A stretch of DNA of 64,000 bases, from positions 19,034-83,033 of the forward strand of contig CAZMKE010000019.1 of NCBI GenBank assembly GCA_964566945.1, read 5' to 3'. The stretch comes from an uncultured Verrucomicrobiota bacterium. Lineage in GTDB: Bacteria; Verrucomicrobiota; Verrucomicrobiia; Limisphaerales; SXQI01. The notes beneath the pieces are model-generated. The model saw only the letters and a program-made list of their open reading frames with translations, was not told where the DNA came from and made no database searches. A program made the translations under genes and the position numbers. Shown piece by piece: positions 53,916 through 62,413 of the stretch; position 1 is the stretch's first letter; every line of letters starts with the position of its first letter.

Positions 53916-56900
53916 TCAGGGCGCCAGAACCACGATTCGATAGTATCTTTCACGGCGGCCTTGAACCGCTTCATCCAGCTCCGCTGTGCCTGACAGGCTG
54001 CTGATCTCGCGCAGGGTCTGCCACGCCCCGGACGCCAGGCTGTCGCGAAACTCAACGCGATAGGCCTGACCGGCGGCGGCCGGGAACTCCAATCGGAGCC
54101 CTGCGGAGCTCAACGAGACCGTAAGCGACAACGGCGCCGGATCGGCCCGGCCTGGTGATCCGTTTACGAGGGTGCTCGCCCGCCATGAACCGGGATTGTC
54201 CAGGCTGGCGCTGGCCCCCGTCTCATCCCGCACGACCAAGGAATACCCCGCCCCGTCGGCCCTGGCCGGCCAATCGCCCCGATCATCATAAACAAACGAG
54301 AAAATCACGCTGCCCGCAGCCGCCGTCTTGAGGGTGACCCGCTCGCCGCCGTTGTCGAAATTTCCTCCGTAGGGCCCGAAAATCTTCACCGCCGGGCCCA
54401 GGCCGTAGTAGGTGCGAAAAGCTCCGAATTGATTTGTGGAACTGGCTTGAACCACCAGGCCATACTCGCCCGGCAGAAGAGCCGATCCGGCCGGGAAGGT
54501 GAAATCGATCCCATCGGTGAACGCGGCGCCCGCCAGGTCCAAAGTGACATTGGTGCTCGTGTTGTGCAGTTCGATGAATTCCCATTCAGCGCCGGCCGGC
54601 GGGTTGTACATCAGTTCCGTGGGGCGCAGAAATTGCTGGAGGGCTCCGGCGTTGTCCGGCTCTCCCGCGGCAAATTCCAGCGGCGAGGACCAATTGCTCC
54701 AGCGGCCAGTGGCGTCCTTCATTCGCACCCGCGCGCGGTAGGAATGGCCCACTTTCAAGACGTCCGGCGGAACTGCCGCCTGGTCGGCGAAGGCAGTGAG
54801 TTCCCCGCTCTCCCAAACCGGCACGACTTCGTAGATCCCGGGAGCCCCCGGCGCGGCCGTCCGCACTTCGCCAATGCGCCAACTCATTCCCGCAAACGCC
54901 GCCGTCCCGGCGTAGCTCGATGAGCGGAGCGTGATCCGATTTAAAGGGTAGCCTGCGGGTCCGGCGTAGCTGATCTGGGGTCGGGCAGGAATCAGGCTGT
55001 CCGCGATGCGTTGATCCAAAAAGGCTGAACGCTCCGCCACGTAGTCCTTCATGATCGCCAGCGCCGCCTCAAAACTGCCGCGTCGGGCTGGATTCTTCGC
55101 ACTTTCATAAGGAAACTGGTAGTAAAGGCCCTGCCCGGCTTTGGAGAGGTTCACAATGGAAGGGTTCGCCATGACCGGGTTGTAGTCCCACTTGGATCGG
55201 TCCGCGGCGAGAATGTTCGGGCCCGCATTGGTTCCCTTGACGATCCCGGCAAATTCATCGATCAACCGTCCGGCCTGATCGGGATTGAACAGCAAATCAC
55301 GAATTTCGCGCGCCCGGTTGTTGAACTCCTGCTTAAATAACCCGCCGCTCACCACCAAGGAGTGGAAAGGGTCCGCGCCGTCGCAATCGCGATACATGTT
55401 GTTCGCCCAGGTCAGATCCATGTCCCAGGGATGGATCGACCATTGCCCGGTGTCCGGGTTCAAGAAATAAAAGTAATTCTTGCCGTCGCAGGTGTCGTAG
55501 TGGTGAACCCCCTGCACAATGGATTGATAGCTATAATAACGATCCAGGTCGAAGTTCTGCCGCCACCAGGCCGCAGAGGCGTTTCCGGCGCGGTAAGCGT
55601 TGAGAAAAGCGTTCAGGTCCGAAGTATCGGTCGCGGCGGTCAGTCCTTGATTATTCAAGGTTCCGGTCCCGCTTTCCATTTTGTAGAGGTTTCCATCAGG
55701 GAGGTCGTGCTCGTCCAGAAAACGGCCGTCCTCCTGCTCGACCGCGAGATAGAGCCCCCAGTAATCGCCGGCGTATTGATTATTCGCCGGTGCCTCAGCG
55801 ACATCGTCAATCACGCGAAAATTCACCCAATGCGTCGTCGGGGCCTGCACGCCGGTAAGATTGAACAGGGCAAACCCCATCGATTCAAACATCCCCTGCT
55901 CTCCCCGGTGCAGGTAATCGCCTTGCTGGATATTGGCCCCGAGATTGACCTTCCTCCAGGTGGCCTGGTATTTCCGGCCGTAATTATCGCGCGCCTGGAA
56001 ATCGTGACCGCGGTTCAGGTCGAACTTCCACATGTTCTTCCCCATGGCGTAGCGCCACACCCCGCCCCGGGCGCGATAGCGGACGTGGTCGTAAACCTTG
56101 CCGTCGTAAACCAACGTGCCCCACCAGCGATAGAGCGACCCGGCGTACTTGCTGTTCCAGGTCGCGTCCTCAACGGACGTTCGCTTCGAAAGCAAATGGT
56201 AGGTCGGGAGCCGCCCCATTTCGGCGGCGGAGAAGCTCTGGACCTGTGCTTTCGCGGAATCAGCGCTGCCGGGAGCGATGGCCGCCGACCAACCGGGCAC
56301 GCCATCATACACGAAATAGGCGAAATTCGGCTGCGGATCATCCTCGTAGGGCGCCCGCACGCTGCGGCCCCCGGTGTCGGCCGCCAGAATCCGATACCGG
56401 ACCAACCGCCGATGGACCTGCAGCGAGGCTGGCAGAACCGCGGTATAGACCGAATCACCCGCGGTGACATCCCCAGCGACGCCGTCGTCCCTCATATCGA
56501 TGCTGATCCAGGCGGTTTCGTACTGGGCGTCGTTAAGCTCGATATAGCTGCCGGGATCAACCACCTGATAGAGGAGCTTCACCGACGCGACGCCGTCGGA
56601 ATCCGTCACCTTCGCCGTGATCACAACCTCATCGCCGCCGCGGGGTTGCTCGGGCGTGTGATCCACCTGGCGGATCACGGGCGGCGCATTCGTATCGAAG
56701 ACGGCATTGCGCGCTCCCGGCGTGGGGCCTGCGTTGGCCGAGCCCAACTGGGCCGTCAGCTTCAGATCGAGAAACGCATCCGAACTGCCGCTCAGGGACA
56801 CGTTATGCAACTGGACCGCGATCGTGTTTTCGCCGGCCTGCAGAAGTCCCGCCGCAGAAACGGCAAAGGGATCGTAACTGTCGGACTCCCGCGCGGCGCC

Positions 56901-57761
56901 GATCGAGAGCTCGTTGTAGGCCACATCGCGGTCGGGCAGATTGGCATTCACGACGCGATGGCCGTTGATCCAAATCTGAATGCCATCATCGTAGAGCACC
57001 TCCAGCGCCAGCGCGCTCACGGCGTTGGGATCGGCCACCTGGAACTTTTTCCGAAAATAGACCGACGAGTAATTGTTGCGCATGTCGGGCAGCGCCGTCC
57101 CCATCGGCACGGTCGGGTCATAGCCGATCGGCGCCACGCCGCTGCTCCAGGCGCTATCGTCAAATTCCGGATCTCGCCAGGCATTGATCGGGGTGGAAGC
57201 CTCCGACGTGCCCTTGCGATACTTCCAATCGCTCTTCGCCGGAATCAACACCGCGCTTTGCGATGCGGCGCTCCCGCGCAGACTTCGGCGCCAATTGCCA
57301 CCCAGATCGTTATCGAAAGAAGGATTGATCAACTCGATCGAGTATCCCGGCGCATCACCGACCGTCGGCCAGGGAAAACCCTGCTTGTAGGCAACTCTAT
57401 CCACGCTCTGGTCACGATCGTCCTTGAGTTCCACGGTTTCCCCCTGGTTCGACAGCACGCCGGTCCAAGGCCCAAACGAACTCACGGCGAAATGGGCCTG
57501 CAACGCCGGGGGCGACTGCGCCACCACGGCATATCCGCCGGGCGCGATTGAACTCCCTGCAGGGAAGACGAAATGAACAGCGCCGTCCAACCGCCAGCCA
57601 TTCAGCGTCACGGATTCGACACCCAAGTTATAAAGCTCGATAAACTCCACCCGATCCGTCTTCACCGCCGGATCGTAGTGAATTTCGTTGATGACGATGT
57701 TGCCAGCTGCGCCGGGCAGAAGGGCTACGAAGAAAGGGAAAATAATCCGCCAATAGTTCAT
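53916..57761 (-). CDS. CotH-kinase-family protein with lamin-tail (LTD) domains and a galactose-binding-like domain
   Basis: Trimmed to the ATG at 57761 (MNYWRIIFPFFVALLPGAAG). LTD blocks are IVINEIHYDP...VEFIELYNLGVESVTLNGWRL and ELMYNPPAG..WEFIELHNTS. The CotH core is HWVNFRVIDD...GDYWGLYLAVEQEDGRFLDEHDLPDGNLYK. It ends ...GAWQTL...RERYYRIVVLAP. The 729-aa + ORF 55362..57551 is its shadow. Confidence 0.85.
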   Translation of the reverse strand: MNYWRIIFPFFVALLPGAAGNIVINEIHYDPAVKTDRVEFIELYNLGVESVTLNGWRLDGAVHFVFPAGSSIAPGGYAVVAQSPPALQAHFAVSSFGPWTGVLSNQGETVELKDDRDQSVDRVAYKQGFPWPTVGDAPGYSIELINPSFDNDLGGNWRRSLRGSAASQSAVLIPAKSDWKYRKGTSEASTPINAWRDPEFDDSAWSSGVAPIGYDPTVPMGTALPDMRNNYSSVYFRKKFQVADPNAVSALALEVLYDDGIQIWINGHRVVNANLPDRDVAYNELSIGAARESDSYDPFAVSAAGLLQAGENTIAVQLHNVSLSGSSDAFLDLKLTAQLGSANAGPTPGARNAVFDTNAPPVIRQVDHTPEQPRGGDEVVITAKVTDSDGVASVKLLYQVVDPGSYIELNDAQYETAWISIDMRDDGVAGDVTAGDSVYTAVLPASLQVHRRLVRYRILAADTGGRSVRAPYEDDPQPNFAYFVYDGVPGWSAAIAPGSADSAKAQVQSFSAAEMGRLPTYHLLSKRTSVEDATWNSKYAGSLYRWWGTLVYDGKVYDHVRYRARGGVWRYAMGKNMWKFDLNRGHDFQARDNYGRKYQATWRKVNLGANIQQGDYLHRGEQGMFESMGFALFNLTGVQAPTTHWVNFRVIDDVAEAPANNQYAGDYWGLYLAVEQEDGRFLDEHDLPDGNLYKMESGTGTLNNQGLTAATDTSDLNAFLNAYRAGNASAAWWRQNFDLDRYYSYQSIVQGVHHYDTCDGKNYFYFLNPDTGQWSIHPWDMDLTWANNMYRDCDGADPFHSLVVSGGLFKQEFNNRAREIRDLLFNPDQAGRLIDEFAGIVKGTNAGPNILAADRSKWDYNPVMANPSIVNLSKAGQGLYYQFPYESAKNPARRGSFEAALAIMKDYVAERSAFLDQRIADSLIPARPQISYAGPAGYPLNRITLRSSSYAGTAAFAGMSWRIGEVRTAAPGAPGIYEVVPVWESGELTAFADQAAVPPDVLKVGHSYRARVRMKDATGRWSNWSSPLEFAAGEPDNAGALQQFLRPTELMYNPPAGAEWEFIELHNTSTNVTLDLAGAAFTDGIDFTFPAGSALLPGEYGLVVQASSTNQFGAFRTYYGLGPAVKIFGPYGGNFDNGGERVTLKTAAAGSVIFSFVYDDRGDWPARADGAGYSLVVRDETGASASLDNPGSWRASTLVNGSPGRADPAPLSLTVSLSSAGLRLEFPAAAGQAYRVEFRDSLASGAWQTLREISSLSGTAELDEAVQGRRERYYRIVVLAP

Positions 57762-57893
57762 GACAGGGGCTCGGACAAAGATGGTGAATGGGAAAGCCTT
57801 TGCAAGAGAAAGTGTCGCCTGTCCATCACCGGCGCCCAACCGCAGGGAATCCCGCCTTGATCTTCGCGCCGGCTGCCTCCTTAATTTCGGCCC

Positions 57894-58343
57894 ATGTCAG
57901 CTGTCCTCCAAACCGAATCAGGAAAAGTTCGTTACCCCTGCGCGGTCATTGCCTTCTTTGGGCCGAATGATCAACGGGCCTCCAAGTTGGTCGCCACCGT
58001 CCAGATGGCCCGCGAGCAGGACGGCCCGCTCCGTTCCTGGCAGGTAGACGAAGGGGATATTCGGGACAGCCCGGCCGTGACTGAGGAAGTCACTACCTTT
58101 CTCAAGGAAAATCGGGTCCTGGAGAGCATCATTTCCGAAAAGGTCATTGTCTGCCCGCACGAGGAAGGAAAGGATTTCCCACGCGGCCGAGTCTGCCCGT
58201 CCTGTTCCTTTTGGTGGGCTGTCGACCAGTGGAGGGATGGACAGGCACAAACCGCTTCCGCCCCGGCCCGCGCCGGCCGGAACGATCCCTGTCCCTGTGG
58301 CAGCGGCAAAAAATACAAGAAGTGCTGCGGGGCGGCGGCCTGA
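57894..58343 (+). CDS. SEC-C motif (metal-binding) domain protein
   Basis: The C-terminal [19 protein letters not shown] is the SecA-type SEC-C zinc motif. I do not recognise the N-terminal ~120 aa. Confidence 0.7.
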   Translation: MSAVLQTESGKVRYPCAVIAFFGPNDQRASKLVATVQMAREQDGPLRSWQVDEGDIRDSPAVTEEVTTFLKENRVLESIISEKVIVCPHEEGKDFPRGRVCPSCSFWWAVDQWRDGQAQTASAPARAGRNDPCPCGSGKKYKKCCGAAA

Positions 58344-58359
58344 CCCGCCCGTAGACGGC

Positions 58360-59493
58360 CTAGCCGAGAATGTCTTTAACCGCCCGAATCAACGCCGCGG
58401 CTTCCTGGGCCGTTCCAATGGTGATCCGCAAATAATCCCGGACTTCCGGAGCGCTGAACCAACGAACCAGGATTTTCCGATCGCGCAATTTGCCCAACCA
58501 CTCTTGAGCTGGAAAACACGGAGGGCGAGCCAGGATGAAATTGGTTTGGCTGGGCAAGACTGTGAAGCCCAGTTCATTCAGCCGGGCGCTCAGGCTCTCG
58601 CGCGTCTGGATGATGCGCGCAAAGTTCCGCCGGTAGTACGGGAGATGATCCAGGGTCGCCTCGGCGGCGAGTTGGCCCAAGGCATTCACATTGTAGCTGT
58701 CGCGAATCTTGTCCAGCGCCTCGATCAGCGCCGGGTGTCCGACGCAATAACCGACGCGCAGGGCACAAAGCGAGTAGGCCTTGGAAAAGGTCCGGGCCAC
58801 CAGCACGTGGGGATGCTGCAGCGCCAGGGGCAGAGCGTGCTCCCGGGCAAAATCGACATACGCCTCGTCCAGCAAAACCACGGCCTTCTGCAAACGGCAG
58901 ATCGCCTCCAGTTCCGTCCGAGGATAGCCGCGCCCGCCCGGAGCGTTCGGAGTGGTGACGAGCGTCAGGGCGGCCCGGGTGTCCCAGGTGGGAGATCGCT
59001 TCAACGCAGCCAACGACGGCAGGGAGAAGTCCGGATTCAACGGGAAGCCTTGGGCGCGGGCGCCGTGCGTCACCGCCAAAACAGGGTAAAGGGAGTAACT
59101 GGGCGTGAAATATTGAACGAGGGAGGCGCTGCCGGCGCCGGCGCTGACCGGTTCGGCAAAGGCGCGGACTGCCAGAGCGAGGACTTCATCCGAGCCATTG
59201 CCCACAAAAATGTTTGCTGGAGCGCAATCGTGGAGCCGAGCGAGCTTTTCGCGCAACCGTTGGGCAGTCGGGTTCGGGTAGAGGCGCAACCGGCCGTCCA
59301 CGCCCTTTTGAATTGCCCGCAAGACCGCAGGCGCGGGCGGAAAAGGATTTTCGTTCGTGTTGAGTTTGATCAGGCCCTTGATCTTCGGCTGCTCGCCAGG
59401 CACATACGGATGCAGCCCCCAAACAAGGGGACGAACCAATTTGCTCACACTCGCGGCCGAGGCGGCCTGGCGCGGCACAGCTTTGCTTTTCAC
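58360..59493 (-). CDS. hisC: Histidinol-phosphate aminotransferase
   Basis: 377 aa. It contains LNTNENPFPP and YPNPTAQRLREKLA, and the PLP-lysine motif TFSKAYSLCALRVGY. Its ATG overlaps the hisD stop in an ATGA arrangement. Confidence 0.9.
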   Translation of the reverse strand: MKSKAVPRQAASAASVSKLVRPLVWGLHPYVPGEQPKIKGLIKLNTNENPFPPAPAVLRAIQKGVDGRLRLYPNPTAQRLREKLARLHDCAPANIFVGNGSDEVLALAVRAFAEPVSAGAGSASLVQYFTPSYSLYPVLAVTHGARAQGFPLNPDFSLPSLAALKRSPTWDTRAALTLVTTPNAPGGRGYPRTELEAICRLQKAVVLLDEAYVDFAREHALPLALQHPHVLVARTFSKAYSLCALRVGYCVGHPALIEALDKIRDSYNVNALGQLAAEATLDHLPYYRRNFARIIQTRESLSARLNELGFTVLPSQTNFILARPPCFPAQEWLGKLRDRKILVRWFSAPEVRDYLRITIGTAQEAAALIRAVKDILG

Positions 59494-60791
59494 GCCTTCT
59501 TCTCCAATCGAATGGCCGCCGAGCGACCGTGAGCATCCAATCCCTCAATGGCCGCAAATTTCTGCACGAAAGGCAGGGATTTCTTGAGGGCCGTCCGATC
59601 GAACTCCACGACGCTGGTCCGGCGCTGAAACTGGTCGACGGTCAAACCGGCGAACGAGGCTCCGGCGCCGCCGGTCGGGAGGGTGTGGCTCGGTCCGGCG
59701 ACGTAATCGCCCAAAACCGTGGGTGACATGCCTCCGAGGAAAATCGCGCCAGCTGTCTTAATTCCGTCGGCGACGGCGCCGGGCTTGCGGGTCATGATTT
59801 CGATGTGCTCCGGGGCCAGGCGATTCGCCAGGGCCACGGCGTTGTCCAATGTCCTGACCTGGATCAGCCAGCCATTGTTGGCCAGCGCTCTTTCAATGAA
59901 TTCGCGCCGTGACAGCTTTTTCAACTGCTTCTCCATCTCTTTCTGCACCGCTTTGAGCAGCTTCGCGGAAGGAGACAACAGCCATACCCGCTCGTGGCCG
60001 GATCCGTGCTCGGCCTGTGCGAGCAGGTCGGCCGCAGCGAAGGCCGGATTCGCGGTGTCGTCCGCCAAAACCAGCACCTCGCTTGGCCCGGGCAGCAGGT
60101 CGACCGCGACATGGCCGAACAGCAACCGCTTGGCCGCCACCACGTAGGCATTCCCGGGACCGAAAACCTTCTGCACCCGGCGAATGGTGCTGGTGCCATA
60201 ACTCATGGCGGCGATCGCCTGGGCGCCGCCAGCCCGGTAAACCTCCGTGGCCCCCGCGACATTCAGGGCATAGAGCAACGCCGAATTGATCTGGCCTTCC
60301 GCATTGCATGGCGTGCAGACCACTATTTCCCGACAACCGGCCGTCTGCGCCAGTGTCACGGTCATCAACGCGGTGGAAACCAGCGGCGCCGTGCCGCCCG
60401 GGATGTAAATTCCCACCCGTCCAAAGGGGTCGAACTTTTCGCCCACCCGGCCATTCTGGCGATTGCGCGCCGTCCAGTTCTTTCGCAGCGATTTCCGGCT
60501 GAAGGCCTGGATATTCCGATGGGCCGCGTCAACCGCGGCGCGCAACTCCTGGTCCGCGAGGAGCGAGGCGTTGAACTTCTCGGAGGCGGTTACCGTCAGC
60601 TGATCCCGCTCCAGGCGGGCGCCATCGAAGCGAGCGGTCAGATCCAGCAATGCATCGTCTCCGCGCGCGCGCACATCCTCGACAATGGCGCGCGTGCGTT
60701 CGTCGATCACCGGATCAAACAAGCTCGAGTGGCTCGCAAGCTGTTCGAGTTTTTTTTCGTAACCGGGATCGCTGAAACGGAGCACGTTCAT
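59490..60791 (-). CDS. hisD: Histidinol dehydrogenase
   Basis: Trimmed to the ATG at 60791 (MNVLRFSDPGYEKKL). It contains GGTAPLVSTALMTVTLAQTAG, GGAQAIAAMSYGT, FGPGNAYVVAAKRLLFGHVAVDLLPGPSEVLVLAD and LLAQAEHG. Confidence 0.9.
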   Translation of the reverse strand: MNVLRFSDPGYEKKLEQLASHSSLFDPVIDERTRAIVEDVRARGDDALLDLTARFDGARLERDQLTVTASEKFNASLLADQELRAAVDAAHRNIQAFSRKSLRKNWTARNRQNGRVGEKFDPFGRVGIYIPGGTAPLVSTALMTVTLAQTAGCREIVVCTPCNAEGQINSALLYALNVAGATEVYRAGGAQAIAAMSYGTSTIRRVQKVFGPGNAYVVAAKRLLFGHVAVDLLPGPSEVLVLADDTANPAFAAADLLAQAEHGSGHERVWLLSPSAKLLKAVQKEMEKQLKKLSRREFIERALANNGWLIQVRTLDNAVALANRLAPEHIEIMTRKPGAVADGIKTAGAIFLGGMSPTVLGDYVAGPSHTLPTGGAGASFAGLTVDQFQRRTSVVEFDRTALKKSLPFVQKFAAIEGLDAHGRSAAIRLEKKA

Positions 60792-60915
60792 CAGGCAGGT
60801 GAAGCTACTGAAAGCGAGGCGTCTTAGCAATCAAACGCCATTCCACAGCGAACTCTATCAAAGGCCTGCCACCCTCAGAAAATGGGAGAGTGGATCGGCC
60901 GCCGGGGAAGCCGCT

Positions 60916-62058
60916 TCAAACAGGACTGGGCCGGGAAAGCTCGTTCGTCGCGGCCGCAGGCGTTTCCAGCCTTGGGGCCGGCAGCTTTTTCTCCAAAGTA
61001 AAGAACCGCTTCAGGTCATTCAGCGGCTTCTCGTAAAGGAACCATGACAGGGAGGCCAGGGAGAGAGTGAGTAGAAAACGCACCAGCACTTGCACGACGA
61101 TGTATTGAGCCCAGTTCGCCGGAAGACCCAACCGCGCGAACGACGCTGGCAAATCCAACCCGGTGAAAAAATGATGGAACACGTAGAGACCGTAGCTGAT
61201 TTTACCGAGGAACCGGAGCTGGGACAAATTGAGCAGCCAGCCGAGCGGCCCCCGGAATCCCCGAGCCGCCCCGAAAACGATCCAGGCGAAAACGAAAACG
61301 AGAGCCGCATGCCCGATTGACTCCAACCAAAAGACCCTGCCTTTGATTCCCATCAGCCCAGCCATCACAATTCCCCAGGCGAGGCCGGTCGCGCCCAAAC
61401 GACGCGCCAGAGTGCCTGGGCTGGTGGAAAATAAGTTTTGATGGCGAGAGGCGAATGCCAAATACCCGCCAATCCCGAGCGCATCCACGCAGGAGAGAGG
61501 GAGGTAGTTCACGCGATACATGGTTGGATAGGCCAGATCCATCCCGATCCGAAAAAGAGGCGCCAGTATCACCAGTCCAAAAATCAATCGCTTGAGAGTG
61601 GCCAGGCGCACAAAGAAAATGAGAAACGGCCAGACGAGATAGAACTGCTCTTCGACCGCCAGCGACCAAAAATGGCGGAACGGATCGGCGGACGATGGCC
61701 GGTGGGCGGCATAAAGGAAGTTCGACCCATACGAGATGTGCCACGGCCAAAGTTGCCGGATGGGACCAATGTCGAAAATCAAGGCGGCCACGATCACGCC
61801 GTAGAAAAGCGGAAAAATGCGAAAGAACCGCCGAATGTAAAACGTCCGCAACGCGGAGCCAGCGCTGAGCAATCCCTGGCTTCCCTCCTGCAATTTACGG
61901 TAATCCAGAAGAATGCCGGTGATAAGGAATCCACTGAGGACAAAAAAGAGCTGAACCCCCGGACCGCCGAGGGTCGACAAGCGCGTCCGGGCGGCGAGCC
62001 AGTGTGAAGCGGCGATTCCAAAAAACGCCAATGCCCGCAAGCTATCAAGCTGAGGCAT
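60916..62058 (-). CDS. Acyltransferase family 3 (membrane O-acyltransferase)
   Basis: Trimmed to the ATG at 62058 (MPQLDSLRALAFFGIAASHW). It contains VQLFFVLSGFLITGILL and about 10 hydrophobic helices. The 96-aa N-terminal extension in the track ORF has no support. Confidence 0.8.
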   Translation of the reverse strand: MPQLDSLRALAFFGIAASHWLAARTRLSTLGGPGVQLFFVLSGFLITGILLDYRKLQEGSQGLLSAGSALRTFYIRRFFRIFPLFYGVIVAALIFDIGPIRQLWPWHISYGSNFLYAAHRPSSADPFRHFWSLAVEEQFYLVWPFLIFFVRLATLKRLIFGLVILAPLFRIGMDLAYPTMYRVNYLPLSCVDALGIGGYLAFASRHQNLFSTSPGTLARRLGATGLAWGIVMAGLMGIKGRVFWLESIGHAALVFVFAWIVFGAARGFRGPLGWLLNLSQLRFLGKISYGLYVFHHFFTGLDLPASFARLGLPANWAQYIVVQVLVRFLLTLSLASLSWFLYEKPLNDLKRFFTLEKKLPAPRLETPAAATNELSRPSPV

Positions 62059-62413
62059 GTTCGCACGTGAGTCTGACGCTCCTTGGTCCACTAACAGATT
62101 TTTCGGAGCCGGGCGCTGGGGGATCAAAAGCGACCGGCAGGCCTTTCTTTTAGCGAAAGCACGAGGAAAAGTAAAGACAGACCATGGATAAAGCGGAAAA
62201 GACGAAAAAGACCGAGATAACTCGGATGAATCACGCGTGAGCAGCGGCGGCTGAGCCCGGAATGTCCGATCGAAGGCGGGAGCGGCTGATCGATGCCGTT
62301 TGATTCGGGACCACGGGCACGGATTAGGGTTGAATGGCAGTATCAATGCGGTTTATCAATATTACGGACCGCTGATATTGCTGGCGTTCGACGTTAAAGA
62401 TTTGAGAACTTTT

